A DNA stretch of 64,000 nucleotides from the human T2T-CHM13v2.0 reference genome, Homo sapiens (GCF_009914755.1 NC_060926.1), one strand, 5' to 3'. Shown: positions 41,871 to 57,043, counted from the stretch's first letter. Notes: generated by a model from the letters alone, not told the origin. Numbers and translations are program-made.

Positions 41871-42161
41871 TTTTTTTTTTTTTGAGACAGAGTCTCACTC
41901 TGTCGCCAGGCTGGAGTGCAGTGGCACAATTTTGGCTCACTGCAACCCGTCTCCCAGGTTCAAGCAATTCTACGGCCTCAGCCTCCTAAGAAGCTGGGAC
42001 TACAGGCGTATGCCCACCACATCCAGCTAATTTTTGTATTTCTAGCAGAGACAGGGTTTCACCATGTTGGCCAGGATGGTCTCAATCTCTTGACCTCATG
42101 ATCCGTCTGCCTTGGCCTCCCAAAGTGCTGGGAATGCAAGTGTGAGCCACCGCACCTGGCC
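41871..42161 (-). mobile_element. AluSc
   Basis: TGTCGCCAGG and GGCCAGGATGGTCTCAATCTCTTGACCTC; perfect 17-bp TSD CACCACTACTTTATTCT. Confidence 0.93.
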
Positions 42162-42178
42162 CACCACTACTTTATTCT

Positions 42179-42826
42179 AAGCCACATGTATCTTTCACTG
42201 GAATTATTACAATGGCTTTCTGCAGATTCTTGCCTTCTTAGAGTTGATTCTCCATACAGCAGTCAGATACTTAATAAATCTGGTCAAAAGCCTCATGGGG
42301 CTTCTCAGCTCTTTCCAGGTAAATTCTAATGAGCTTGCTATGACCCACAAGACTCTATATGACCTAGCTCCCCTCTCTTCCTCTGACCTCTTCTGTTATA
42401 CTTCCTCTGGCTCATTTTAACGCAGCTTCAAGGTCCTCCTTATTTATCCTAAGCACCAGGCAGAGTGTGCTTATGTATCAAGGTCTTTATACCTACCACT
42501 CTTTCTACCTGGTAGTACTCTTCCCCTAGATATTTTCATGGCTCATCCCCCACAGTTTATTTTGTTCTCTATTCAAATGGCACTGTATCAGAGAATAAAC
42601 TGGGAGACTGTTAGTCCCCTGCACAATTCTATTTCCCTTTATCCTGCTTAATTTGTATTAATAGAACTTATTTCTGCCAGGCATAACGCATATATTATAT
42701 TTGCAATTACCATCTGTCCTGTCCATTAGAATGAAAGCTGCATGATATTCATGACTTTATCAATTTTGTTCATGACTCACCTCAATACCTTCAATAGTAC
42801 TTAAGACATATTTATTAAATAAATAA
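42179..42826 (+). mobile_element. L2 (L2a-like) 3' part
   Basis: TTCTCCATACAGCAGTCAGA..ACAAGACTCTATATGACCTAGC..CATTAGAATGAAAGCTGCATGA..TATTTATTAAATAAAT. Confidence 0.7.
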
Positions 42827-42971
42827 TAAAATATTCACTTAATAAAGTATGAATTTGGATGTGGTCATTGAGTGAGAATCCCTATAGGCAATAAGTCTGA
42901 AGGCCGTATTTATTATTTTTTAAACTAGTCAGATATCCTGCCTTTCTGTGGGACATGGGTCCTTCCTACAG

Positions 42972-43205
42972 AGGTATGTGGTTTCTAGAGACCAGAAACC
43001 CTAATTCAAACATTGCCTCTGCCAATTCTTAGCTGTGTGGATCATGTTAAGTTTCAGTTTCCTAGACTATAAATTGGAGATAAACATAGCAGTTATTTTA
43101 TGATATGGTTGGAAGAATCATATGGCAAATCCATATAAATCACTTAGTACAGATTTGGCATGTAAGTACTCAATATGTATTAACTGTTTTATTATTACCA
43201 TTATT
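42972..43205 (+). mobile_element. MIR SINE
   Basis: TTCAAACATTGCCTCTGCCA..TAGCTGTGTG..TCAGTTTCCT..TGGCATGTAAGTACTCAATA. Confidence 0.75.
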
Positions 43206-46200
43206 AGGATTCTAGTACCCACAGGTATTTGTGAATTCCTATACTCACAGCATCTGGGAGGGACAGTGGAAGTTCTTTATACTCAGAGCTGGATAACTGG
43301 AATATGTATTGACTGATAAATATATTTCAGATGAAAGAAAATGAGGCAGAAAATACTGGTTTACACATTTGTATTTCAGGTTAAGCTAAACTGAGGTCAA
43401 TTCTGAATAAGAGGTGGGATAGAAGAGAAATGAAGGAAAATAATTAGCAGAGATCTAAGGATATTTGGGGAGAGAAATGAAATACAACATAAGTAGGTTG
43501 GCCAGGAAAAACAAACTTCAGCTAACAAAAGCAAGAAGACATTAATAGCAGCAGCATCAGAAAGTTGTCACCAACTAACCAGCAAGACCAGATTGGAGTG
43601 AAAGAAAGTAAAAAGAGAAGAGGGCTTTTCATGCTTGTGACCAAATTTTCTAGGTAGTAGATTCTATTATAATCTTAGTGCAAACCATTCTTCATGAAAA
43701 TTTATTGACAACTTGCTGTGCAGAAATTGGGTTGAATAAAAATTCCATATGGATATGCATATAACATATGTAGAATTCATAAATTAGCAATTTAACTTAA
43801 TTGTTTTAGGGTGGTACAAAATTAATACATCAATGAACACATTTTCTAAAATAATATATTTGTCTAAACATTTCAAAACTTCTGTCTTTCTGAAACTTGT
43901 TAACATTTCAGGATAAAATTAGTGTTGGAGAAAATTAAAGGGAAGAAAATCTTATTTTCCATAAACCCAGGAAGAAAAATAATGATAATAAAAGTTAAAA
44001 CGTGAATTCAGTGTATGAGGTGCCTAATAAAGCTTACTTTAAGAAATTCTGAGACAAGTTTACGATTTTTGCTTCCATATAATATATTCCACTTACATAG
44101 TAAAAAAACCTCTTTAAATTAAAAATTTCTGTATAAAGAGATATTATTTCAGCATCATAAGTGCTGAATTTCCCAATTGTCATTCACTTATTGAATAATT
44201 TTCAAAAAAAAGGGCCAATTACCTAATACGGAACTTGCTTTCTTCTCAAAGTAATTTTCCATCTTATTAGTTTTATATCACAACTGATGCAGAACATGCT
44301 TCAAACACTATATATCATTTCCCAGTGTAGTTTATAAAAATGCAAACTAATAGAGAGTCTTCAAATCTTGATTAATTTATAACTTATTTGAAAAATTGGA
44401 ATGTATTTTCCAGTTAAACTACAGACTATGTTCTACACAAACTCCTTGCAAATCTGGGTTGATTTGACAAAAAAGAAAAAAAAAAAAAGACAAAAACCAT
44501 TGCAATGCTCTCTTCTGAAATAAAATGTGCATCTGAAGCTTGTGAATGCATCCATAAAAATTTAAGGATCTGTCCAACAGAACATCAAGTACACAAACTA
44601 TTGCTTCAGTTTTCAAACTCAGTTAGTGACTAACAGTTAATCACTAACATGTAGCACATGTGACCCTGCGTAAGCCATAGTCTGATCTCTCCCGTGTTTT
44701 TTTATATTCTGAACATGAAGCAAATTTGACATTTATTCCATAACTCACTATTGAGAGTATAACACTCTTCATGTCTGCCTTTCTCATATGCACACACACA
44801 CTCACATCCACACACAGGTATACATATACTTAGCTAATTTTATTAAGGAATATCTCTGGGAAAAGATCCATTTTATACAGAGCTAAAGATCAAAAACCAC
44901 TCTGTCAGTTGCAAAAAAGCTTAGCAGCTTTCAGTTTATCTAGATTCATCACCACTGCTTTCCATCAGAAAACCCTTTGCCCAGATAAACATTTTCAAAA
45001 TACAAACAGCAGATTCATCACACAAAACATTATTCATCTCAAAGTACATCTGAAAGAAAATCTCCAGCACAGTCGAGGCTTGTGACTCTGGAATAACTGG
45101 ACAACTGACGGTCAGGGTTAGTGAGCAAAAAGTTTTACGTTCCTGCGTTTTTATCTGAAGTTCTCATATCTATCACACTAATACATTGTAAAGAAAACCA
45201 GAAAAATGTGCCACATGAGTTTGCCTTGATGTTTTCAAATGCTACAAAAGAATATTTTAATAAAGAGTTGAACACTGATCCATTTTTGTGAATTTGTACA
45301 TTCTCTACTAGAGCTAAATCTAGCATTAATTCACTGGATCTGTTTTTTATGAAGGTTAAAAACTTATTTCAACTGTATAAAATACGTTATTTACTGAGAC
45401 CCTCAAGGCGCATTTCCCTTTATGGGGCATTATGGGGCTTATATGGCATTATTTAAACACCAACATTAGTTTTCTAATTGCTTTCTTATTTGGCCTTATT
45501 TATACATACAAGACAAAAGAAAATTTATATATTAGCCTATCTGAATTAGATCAGGCTACAGGAAAATTCAAGAGGCATTAATCAGTTGCCAACAACTAAC
45601 AGAGATGATATTAGGCCGGTTTATATTTTATCCATTGTCATTAAAATTTAGATATTACTCTAGTTCCTAACACAGCCCTATTCCAACTCTTAGGCAAATG
45701 AGTTTCATTACACTTGACTTAACAGAGAAAGAGTGTGGTCATTTGTTTTGTTATTGTTGTAGGTGAATCTGACATGATATCTGAAAAGATTTAGCCAGTT
45801 ATGAAGATGATCAAAAATCTCAGATGAAAATGTCATGCCTTATCTACAGTAGTCATCACATACTCTTACATACTTACTGGGGAGCAGGGAATATTCTGTT
45901 TACCCCAGCTGGGGTTTAATGTATGGAAAGAGAACTTCATCTCTACTGCCGATCACTAACCAATCAGGTGTTCTCATGTATTCCACCCCATTAGTGAATG
46001 TATTATGGCCTGTTCTAGAACAGTAGGAACACCTATGAGCAAAAATGGTGTGCCTTCACACTGACCTTTACTTTCTACCTGATCAGTTGCAGTTTTATCA
46101 TGTCAAATTCAAAACCAATAGTCATTCTTGTCATCAATCTTTAACAAGTTATGTGTTTCATGAATCATTAATTGAATCTAGAGAATTTTACCTTATAAAA

Positions 46201-46210
46201 AGTGTCACAG

Positions 46211-46406
46211 AGGAGAACCTCACATACCGGGGCCTGTCGGGGGTTGGGGGGCTGGGGGAGGGATAGCATTAGGAGAAATACCTAATGTAGATGATGGGTT
46301 GATGGGTGCAGCAAACCATCATGGCACACGTATACCTGTGTTACAAACCTGCACGTTCTGCCCATTTACCCCAGAACTTAAAGTATAATAAAAAAGAAGT
46401 TTTTCA
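46211..46406 (+). mobile_element. 5'-truncated L1PA7-like 3' end
   Basis: GGGATAGCATTAGGAGAAATACCTAATGTAGATGATGGGTTGATGGGTGCAGCAAACC..CCAGAACTTAAAGTATAAT; TSD AAAAAGTG(T)CACAGA. Confidence 0.9.
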
Positions 46407-49352
46407 AAAAAGTGCACAGATTGCTCAGAAACCCAAATCTTCACTCTGAATTTGAAGATATATGGGCACCATGTTAGACATGGTCCATCAAGAAAAGAAA
46501 TGCCTAAGTTTGAGGAAGCGAGTCCAGATTCTAAGATATAACCACAACTGGGAAAGAGGGGGGAAAAATGAAAGATTTTGCTAATTCTTAATAACCCTGA
46601 GGTTATTGATTAGATCATTTTCTCTTTATAGTCAAAATTCTAAACCAAATTCATGTCTAGCATTTGATGAGCTCCCTTTCTTCTCTGTAGGTGTAGTCTA
46701 TTTGTGCAAAAACTATAGCTGATGCTCTATCTCCCTGGGAAGTCTTCACTCTAATCTGGCTAAAATTTAAATGAGGAAAGATAACAAGATTGCTGAAGAC
46801 TAACATTATTATTCTCAATTTATTTCCTTTCTGCAGACACTACTGGCAAAGACATTGAAAAGAATCACACTGCTAAACCAGTAGCAGCTTTTATCTTCTT
46901 CTCAGATTGTATACATGCAGGATAAAAGTGTTTCTAACACATAGACTTCTATATTCCAGCATAAAGATGTATTAGGCGCATTTATACTTTTACATCGAAG
47001 CCTGTTTCAACATGAACGGAGCCCAGGCAAGTGTCCTTGTCATCAATCGAGAGTGAAAGTTAGCTATACTTAAAAAAAAAATAGGTTTTAAAAAATATCA
47101 AAATAATTAGAAAAGAGTTTCAACTAATAACATACTTACTATTTGTATTCCATTTTGACAGTACCATGTTAGATCAATGACTTCATTTATCACAATATAT
47201 TCCATGTTACAGTTACCTCTCAGGAAAATGACATTGATAGAGTCAACTTTCTTGAGAATTAAGCTTCTGTAACTTTTATTTAAAGGTGTCTCAAGCTTGT
47301 GCTTCTTAGTATTTTATGATATGTCTTTAGTTTTTGTAATTTCACTTTGTCAAAACATTACATTTGTCATTATTCATACTGAAAGACAAGGTATTTTGAA
47401 GATAAAAATCTACCAAGGATCATCTACCATTTGCTTTTGATATAAAAGATTTATAAGACCATTTAGACCACAAAAACAAACCTTCCTAAGGACATATCTA
47501 TACATCAACAAATATTAAAAATTACATTTCTAGGAAATTAAAAACAATTTAGAAAGGTGCTTAGTTGAACAGAAATTAGCTACAACCAAAATAATGATTA
47601 ATATTATAACCATAATCATAGAAAATAACAGTTGATTGCCACTTTCAAGAATAAAAGCAAATTCTGTGAATACAGAACTAAAATACTAAAAATAAACAAA
47701 CAAGCTTGGGAGAGATTAGTCATGCAAAATCCAACCCTAGATATTTGATGGCAATTATCTTAATTTTTTACCTTATAATTGAGATGGTATTTCACTGGCA
47801 AAGCTTAAACCAAGTAATATTCACAAAAATGGAAGAAATTCATAATTAAAGAAAGTCATTAAGCAAAACAGAAAAAATATTTCAGTATCAAATTTTAAAG
47901 TTAATATTTTTTTTAAATGATGGATAAAGACAAAGCAAATTGATGGTATGAATTAACTAATAGTAATGAACATTCTTCTCTTAAATCTCCATCAGATACA
48001 TTCTTATTTTGAAGAAATACCAAGGCAATTTAAGATAGGGGTATTATCAAATATTCCATATGTGATTTTCAGGAAGCAAAGCTATTCATTGCAGTACACT
48101 ATGTCAATATTCTAACCATCAGAGAAGATATAAAATTTATAAAAGTCTTCTGTAGCACCCAAATCACAACAAATGGAATTGCTAAACATATCAGGTTTAC
48201 AACATGTCATAACCTCAGTGTTCATTCCTGCTTTCTCTCTTGGCATAGGAAGCTAGCTGGCTCATAACCCATGCTTTTCACAACCACAGGTTCTTTATCC
48301 CTATATAACCAAATCCTCAAGAGAACAGCAGACAGAGGGAGAAGACAATTTATTTAGAGAACTATTATGTGAGGAAGAAAACAAGCTGCCATTTCCAATT
48401 TGAAACATAATTAGGAAGACAATAGCCTCCTGACTGATGCTCTTTGTTCCCTTTAGATATTTATGTAGGCCAGTAATTGGAGTGTATTTCCCTGTTCAAT
48501 TTCACATTGTCTATAAAAGGGTTTCTCATGATCGATGACTTTCTAGTTAAATTCAGAAGAAAACATCTTGCAGCTACTGCCCTATTGCCATGGCCACACA
48601 TCACTGCCTTCTAGACATGGTCAGTTGCTGAAACTTATTTTCAATTCTGCCAAACAGTTGAGTTAATAGGATTTTAAGAAGGAAAAAGTTGTTCCATGGG
48701 ACTTGGGTGATTGAAGGCTTTCTATCCATTATTGAAAAACACTGGGAAAGTTAACCACCCTTTTTTGCTGAAAAATTAACATATATACTTGATGTAAATA
48801 AATGTCTATAGACATATTAAAGCATTCAGTCAATAACAACATCAAATGAAAGTTAGGATTGAGGCCCATTACATTTCCGAAAAGATGCTTTTAGGAGTGG
48901 AGGGAGACAGCTTCCTCCTTTCCTTTTATAAGCAGAGAAAAGTCATTTTTTTTCTCATTTATTGCATATGCACTTTCTGGCTACTCAGGTGGGAAAAAAA
49001 TCCCATTGATTCTCATTACATTGCCCTGAGGACAAGCAGTGGGGCAAGGAGGCTTATACACTTGTTATTTACTATTAAGTAATTACTAAGCCATCCATCT
49101 CTGATCCCAAACACCCCATATGCATATTCGGAATAAAATTAACAAAGATGAATATTAAAAATCCAACATATTTATTGAGCAACTACTGTGTCTGACATAT
49201 TGATTAACTTCACAACAAACTTATAGTCATTATATCCCCACCCTTCATAAGCTGAAATTAGAATTCAAAACTTAAATAACACCATATTAAAAACTCAGAC
49301 TGACCCTTTCATTTGTCTCCTTTTTTATTTTGCTATGATATACTTCTCCCAG

Positions 49353-49521
49353 GGAAGTTGGTGACTTAATCCTCGTTATACCCTGATTTTGGACAAATTT
49401 TACAAGAAGAATAGGACTTCTACTTCTCTATGTCTACATGCACCTGGAACAGTGCTAGGTCTATGCTTACAAATTGATTGGTTCAGGTCACCGCCATGAG
49501 CCTCAGGACAGAAAATTGCCG
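49353..49521 (+). other. Candidate non-coding or cryptic exon (169 nt)
   Basis: ACTGAC branch-like motif, long pyrimidine-rich tract ending CTTCTCCCAG, strong donor CCG|GTAAGC. Confidence 0.3.
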
Positions 49522-49803
49522 GTAAGCAGTACTTCCAAATACTTTATAGGTAGATCAGGATCATGGTGATTTTTAACCCTTCATGACCCATAATCTGGAC
49601 TGTGATAGAACCTTATGAAAAATAGCTATGCTATCTAATAAAACCTTGATACAATCAGAAATATATTAAACCAATTCTATATCCTTCTCTTTTCTAAGCT
49701 GCATTAAATGTCAAGATCATTTTCTAACTTTTACTCTTCAAATATTTAAAAGCTTTGGACTTTAAACTTGGTAAATATATCTATTTTCATAGTTAATATT
49801 GAC

Positions 49804-50400
49804 TATATTATTCAGAATGGGATATATTAAGCTGCAATCATAAGCAACACCCAAATCTCAGTTGCCTAATATAGTAAAATATGTTTTTCTTTCTGTACAT
49901 TGTATGCTTATCAGAGCCTAAGTCAGGCTCTGTTACTCATCATCCCCATTCTAAAACCCAGGTTCATAGAGCAGCTTGAATGTATAGCATTGCCAGAATC
50001 CATGGGACAGAAAGAGAAAGAATGGCAAATCTTGCACTGGTTTTTGGAGCTCACAGGCAGATATGGCACACATCATCTCCACTCACATTCCGTTGTTTAA
50101 AACAAGTCACATGGCCACACCTACTTATAAGCATGGAAGGAATGCAATCCCACCATTTGTTCAAGTGGACCAGAAATATTTGATAACAAACTCTAATGAC
50201 AAAATACCTGGTTTTTGGCTACCAAATATTGGGTTTACTCTTCTTAATGCAGGCAAATACACTCATCCTCCCCAAAGGAAACAACCTAAGTGGTCAAAGT
50301 TTCAAACTTAATGTCCAAGATCTCTACATGATGCCTGATGTTGCTTTATCAAGTCCAAATATAGCTCATTTTGATCACTGTGAAGTAAAAAGGCAAGTCT
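49804..50400 (-). mobile_element. Old MLT1 (K/L-like) LTR with probable adjacent internal sequence
   Basis: CCCAAATCTCAGTTGCCTAA..CTCCACTCACATTCC..AACAAGTCACATGGCCACACCTA..AAATATTTGATAACA. Confidence 0.6.
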
Positions 50401-50714
50401 TCTACCTTATTTTCTATATTGTATTCATAACCTTAACCTTTTAATCTGGTCTTTATGTTACAGGATATGAGAGAGAGAGAGAGATTTGACTGGGCTAAGA
50501 AAGAAATGAACACGATTTAGAGATGGAAATGGTGACATATGGGCCTTTGAAGCCTCCCATGTTCCAGAGAAGGTGAGCATGGCTCTGGTCATATGAGGGA
50601 TATGTGTATATATGTGTCATATTAAAATCTTGATTTGTTGGTGGTAGAAGTAGGCAGAAGTTTAAATGTGGATAAAAGAGTGTCAAGGGATGCTGAGATG
50701 AAATATGAGTGGAC

Positions 50715-51285
50715 TGTGCTGGATTAACTGTCGTCAGGTTAACATCATTGCCACTCCCATTGGTGGTCTTCTCTGCATTGCGAAGAGAAGGCTAGAAGCA
50801 CATTCCCCAGAATCCTTTTCCCTGTGTGGTTTCCTGTATAGTTAGTTCCATCACTGACAGTCACTTCTGTGAACTTCGGAAAGTAAAAGGGAATAAAATG
50901 ACGATATTCACTGGAGGCAGATTCACCCAGACACATGAGTACATATCAGATGTGAAGTTTCAAGGAAGTTCAGGGTGAACTTCTGCAAAATATTTACTTA
51001 GGTGCTATAGGCAGCTTTAGCTGATACGGCTTCTTGGGAACCACTCATCTCAGTGCAGCTGGCTACATAGTCATTTGGAACTTCCTAGAAGCACTTGAGT
51101 TCTGTGGCAGCTCCCAAGCAAGCTCTTGAGATCTACCACTTCCATTCTGCAGGCTGAGAGTTAGTGACTGCTTCTCACCTTTCACTCCACTGGTTTCCCA
51201 CAACTGTGAATGCCTCTCATTCCATGTATTACCATAGACATGTAGAGCAGCTTCTATTTTTTTTTAAACCAAGCACTGACTGAAC
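50715..51285 (+). mobile_element. Old ERVL LTR (LTR41/LTR33-like)
   Basis: CACATTCCCCAGAATCCTTTTCCC.. and terminal GCTTCTATTTT..AACCAAGCACTGACTGA. Confidence 0.45.
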
Positions 51286-52372
51286 CTTGAGTAAGAAGGA
51301 ATATCACAAGGAAGTTACTCGACATTAACCACGATTACATTTTGTTGGTTTTCAAAAAAATAGATTTAAAAAATTTTATTTGACTATCTTTAAGAAGACT
51401 TACTAGTAAGATAATAATGAAAAGGCAAATATCTATTTCTGTTCCTACTGTTATTAAATTTTCAAAACGCAGTCATTAATACTATTGCATTGTAAGAAAA
51501 AAATAATTTAAACAAATCCTAAAAGTTTTCATTGACTTTTCAAGTAAAAGTATAAACTCACAAGAAAGAACTGTGTAATACAAATTTTGTACTGTTTTTA
51601 AGTCTAGTTCATTTGAAACTCTGCCAGAAATAATATATGCTTTGAAAAATAACTACTTGAATGTTAATATTTTTGATTTCAAATCAAAATAAATAAAATC
51701 TGCAAGAAATGACACAAAATTCTACTTATAAGCGTAAGGAATCATAGATGAGAGACATGAAGAGTTTCAAATTATCCAGTATTTTTTTTTTAATAAATGA
51801 CACGTCTGAAAATATAACAAGTATCTCCCACCCCTAACAGACTATCACATCCCTATTTAGCTTCTTATTTGTCTCTGTCAGGCTGATCCATGGGTTTAGT
51901 CCCCAGGTCATCACAATGAGACTTGGCATTGATCACTGAAATTTATGATACTTTGAAAGATCGCACCTGATTAATGGCGCAGCCACAATTTATGTATTCT
52001 CCTAGCCACGTTCATTCACAGTCAGTGCTGGCAGGATGTTGAAATTGTGGGAGGAATTTTAAATAAATTGGAGACTGGCATGAATCCTGGGGTCTCTATC
52101 CCTTTATGATTAAAAAACCTCTTTATTTCTTCAGGTAGTACCAAAGGTTTTTTGAGGCACATTTTGCCCAAAAGATGGCTTCTTTGTGGCAGCATATTTG
52201 CTTACTCCTGTAGCCTCAAAGTTAACTTTAAAAATTTTAAAACGTTATTAAACTCCGAAAAATGTTAAAATCTTGGCACTGTTTCACAGGCTAAGTCTTA
52301 TCCACCAATCCCATCCATTGTCTCTCCTTGTCCTCATTGGGCTCTCTCTAATTATACTAATAGATTGAAGAT

Positions 52373-52515
52373 GCTGAGCCTCAGTTTCCTCATGTGCAAC
52401 GCAGGAGTAATTACAGTGCATCTTTCGGAGAGTTACTGTGAGATTAAATGAGATAGTCATGTGAACTACTTGGCCCTGTGCCGGGGATCAAGTAGTTATC
52501 AAATGCTATGTATTA
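52373..52515 (+). mobile_element. MIR SINE
   Basis: CTGAGCCTCAGTTTCCTCAT..GTGAGATTAAATGAGATA. Confidence 0.8.
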
Positions 52516-53909
52516 ATTTCCTCAAATAGTATCCTATAATATAAGCAACAAATGAAGATTAAATAGAATAATTCAAGTACAGTAATCAAAGGTCATACAA
52601 CTGTTTTCTAACTTTATCTCAATGCCAGATTTTTTTTTTAGGTTCTAACTTTAGAATCCATGTTATATTCATGGTTTTCTTACTGCATCAACAACTTTGG
52701 CATTAAGTGATACCATGCACAACTCTTCTAGGTGGTCTTTTTTTCCCTCCCAACCTAACTTCTGACTAAGCTTTGCTCGGTCTATAAACATAAGGAGAGC
52801 ATCCATGGTGGTATGACCCTAGGCAAATGAATGCAAAAACAAAACATCTAATGGGAAACAAAGTAAAAATCAATTAAGTGAACATGAACAAAATTCTTGG
52901 AAACAATGTCCACATTCCTTGAGATTCCTTTTTATCAATATTGGTTCCCTCATTTACGTGTGTCTAGTTGGTTTCCCTCCCTTAAATCATCACTTCTCCC
53001 AGCAGTTGGTAGACCTCCCAGGTATCTCACATATGGGAAATTTGAGGTCTGTGCCCACCTGTCCTCTCTGCTCCATTCCACAAAATATGAGCTCACCCTC
53101 CACAGCTGTCAATAGCTTTTGAAGTTCTCTTCATGTATCCTGTCATGCTATTAAATCATTTTTTCCATGTAATTTTCCTTACATAAACTATATTGTTTGG
53201 CCTGTAAAACTGCCAAAACCTCAAAGGAATGTCTTTAACAAATTTTAATGATCCTTAATTTTATCACATAGACACTCCTCCACGTACTTCTAAGGTTTAC
53301 CAACTTAAAAATTAAGGTGAGAATTTGCACCTGCTACTGTATCTCGCTTCCACCCTGGCATATTTACTTAAGGTATTCTTTTTTTCAAATCAGAGATTTG
53401 TATTTTCCACAAATAATTTGTGAACCTGTTATCTGACTTATTTTTGATGGTAGAAAATGAGTTACTGGACACTGCACATAAAACATCTTACAGTTAAAAG
53501 GGAAACAGGTGGTATTTAAGGTGGCATTTACATGGACAATATGGGCAATTAAAAGCAAAACATTTTTGATTCATGACTTATCTTAATCATCTTGGCAAAG
53601 GGCTAAAAAATGTAAACAACTGGAGATTTGACATGACCTAAGAGGTTTTCTAGACCAGAATGCTAGGGAATAGTTAATACCCCATAAACCTATGTAAAAC
53701 TACTCTCCTTTTTCTAAAAAGTATGTGTGTGTTCTAATTAAATAGTATTTTTTAACTCATGTAAACAAAGAGGAAAGGTCACTTAAAAAATTTTGTTCTG
53801 CATTTTGTCAATGACTATAAATCCCATACCTAAAAATGGAGCCTGCCTAATTCAACATCATTTACTTCTCAAAAGCAGTCATCAAGGTGAGCAGGAGAAA
53901 TATATAAAT

Positions 53910-54030
53910 TTAAAGTCTGAACAGATTGGGGTTCTACTTCCATAGAATAAATGGTACTCTGCTTCAAATCTACAAGCCTCATTTTTCTCATCTTAAAAAT
54001 GAAAATAAAGATTATTAACCAAATTAGGGT
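53910..54030 (+). mobile_element. MIR fragment
   Basis: AAGCCTCATTTTTCTCATCTTAAAAATGAAAATAA. Confidence 0.5.
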
Positions 54031-54253
54031 GCTTAGGAGAAAGGAAGCCCTGAGTAAATGCTCTTTTCTTTCTATCAGCCTTTTCTAGCTGATCTCCCAC
54101 CATGACATCCTTCCCCCACAGCTGGTTTGTCTGTTATTCCACCCTCTGACTTCATCCTTCAGGTATTTCACTACTGTAATCCTCAAAACAGCCCTCTGAA
54201 GTTGTTTTTTTATCTTCATTTTCAAGGGGTTGGGGAATGGAGGTGTAAAGAGG

Positions 54254-54560
54254 TATATCAGTCAGGAAAACAAATACCACTCTAGGTATTTCAAACGGAG
54301 AGAATTTAAACTCAAGAAATGTCCACACAGGTAATGGAAAAGCAGAAATAGCTAAGGGGTATCTGAGGGAGCCCAAGTAATAGCAAAAGCAGAAAACTAC
54401 CCGTAGCCTTCCTAGCCATGGAGGTGGCTAAACCCAAAGCCAGGGTCATCCTGTGGAGGTGACCTCAGGTATCCATTCAGGGAGAGCTGAGGCCACCAGA
54501 ACATGTAGCCACTGCTGAAGCTGCTGCTGAAGTTGGAACAGGAGCAATTCAGTTACCCTC
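54254..54560 (-). mobile_element. Old ERVL LTR fragment (LTR79/LTR33-like)
   Basis: TCAGTCAGGAAAACAAATACCACTCTAGGTATTTCAAACGGAGAGAATTTAA..ACACAGGTAATGGAA. Confidence 0.5.
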
Positions 54561-56442
54561 CCAGCAAGCAGAAGGCTCAGAATTGAAATCCACATACTTA
54601 TTATAACTCTTTCCTTATGAAATGGATATTTTACATGTGAGAAGGCTTACAAATCATAAATCCCAATAGAAATTTAAAACCTTATAATACAGCATTAGGA
54701 TATGAAGAACTTTGGAATCCCCTTCAAATAAGAGATCATGAAGAATTCTTGGCCCCAGAACTTGCTTGACAGTTTCCTTGAGTGATTTCATACATTCTAA
54801 TGGCTTTGGGTCAAAAGCAGGGCTTCAATAAAGGTTTGTTGAATGAAAGGGCGTCCAGTTGGATTTTACCATAGTTTTAATTATGACATCTTTTGGCCCA
54901 CTAGATTTGATCATGAACTTTCATTTCAAAACAAAAAATCAGAAGACTAGAAGAAACATAGCGTGGGATCACAGTTTAGATAGATCTTTTTTGCTTTTTC
55001 ATCTTATTTCTATAGTTGAATTAAACTTTCGAAAAAAAAATACATAAAGCAGAGGTATTTGAAGCAATGAATAATAAGATTGGACTTCTGAAGTGTGGTT
55101 CACACCCACCTCATTTCCTAAGCCATAATCCTGGTATAATGTGTAAAGGGATTTGCAATGAAAGATAGTAAATCCAGTGTGTATCAATTATTCATACATT
55201 CCAATTGGCAGTGAACCCAGCAAATGTATTCAATGAGTGGTCTCTATTCCCACAAATTTAGAAAGTGCATAATGGATGGAAAAATAAAGAATTTACTCTT
55301 CAATACTCGCTTACAACAGCTCAGTAAAAGAATGCTTATATATAGATAAAGTTTTCAAAGTATTTGTTGAAACCGCTGACCAAACTACCCAAAACTACAG
55401 CTGAACTTCTGCCAGCTATGAAAGGGCTGTGCTTGAACTCCATTTCACAGTTTCTGGTTTTCACAGCCTTTAGGCAAACACAATTCAAACCCGTTACTAT
55501 GCTTGAAAAGATCTGTTTCAGAAACTGTTACACAAACAGAGAAGCTAGCACACATTATCCTAAAATGCTGCTGTGTTTAAGGAAAAAAAAAAAGCCATCT
55601 GATTTCTTAAAGTTCTATGTGATGCACCATTGAAATTTGCATATGAAAAATTTCAAAGCTTTAGCATTTAGAGGCTTTGAAACCCTTTAAGTTTTAATGT
55701 TTTCAAGGACCTGAAGTTTGACCAACTTCTCTTATTTTCCAAACTAATTGGTGAATAGGGAAGAATATTTTGTACTTTATGCTTTGTAAATGATAAAGGC
55801 AACTGCATTTTGTATTGAAGGTATTTGTTTAACTGAAATGTGAAAAATCATTGACAAAACTAGAAAAAGTCAATGGTCCCTTTTACTTACAAACACAAGT
55901 CACCAAGAGCTACCTTATCTATAATTATTTGCATTGTGACAGCAAAATCTCAATAAAGTAAGTTCCTTCCATTGGAAATATGTATACAACTTTCTTAACA
56001 ATAATTAGAATGGAACATTATTTTTGACATTAGGAAATTCTAGATCTAAATATATAGTTAATTCAACCTTGAAGCAAACTTTTAAGATTCAATGAACTGT
56101 CAAAATTAATAGAAAAATCCTCGTATTCAGATCAGTACAAAGAAAAAAAAAAGATGATTGAGTTAGGCATAATACACACTAGGGGCCTAGTAAAAGTTGA
56201 ATGAAACAAAATTAGCTTCTTCCTTGTCAAATAAGACAATACCAAAAAGCAAAGAAAACACAAAGAATATGATCACTGCAACGCAAATTAACAAGCATCC
56301 CCAGTTTGGGCTTTTAATTAGTAGAAAACCTAAACTTTTCCGAGTCAGACTGCAGTTCTAAAAGGGAGTTTGGTGAAATGGTTTTGCTTAGATGAGATTA
56401 TTTCTAGTAGTGCTTGCTCTTGTGGTACTATGATTGTTTTAG

Positions 56443-57043
<601 letters not shown>

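Noticed and set aside
46990-47075. Minus-strand coding exon (T-run AG acceptor, CpG-rich)
   Set aside because: Two frames stop immediately, the third gives a short unrecognised peptide, and there is no good donor.
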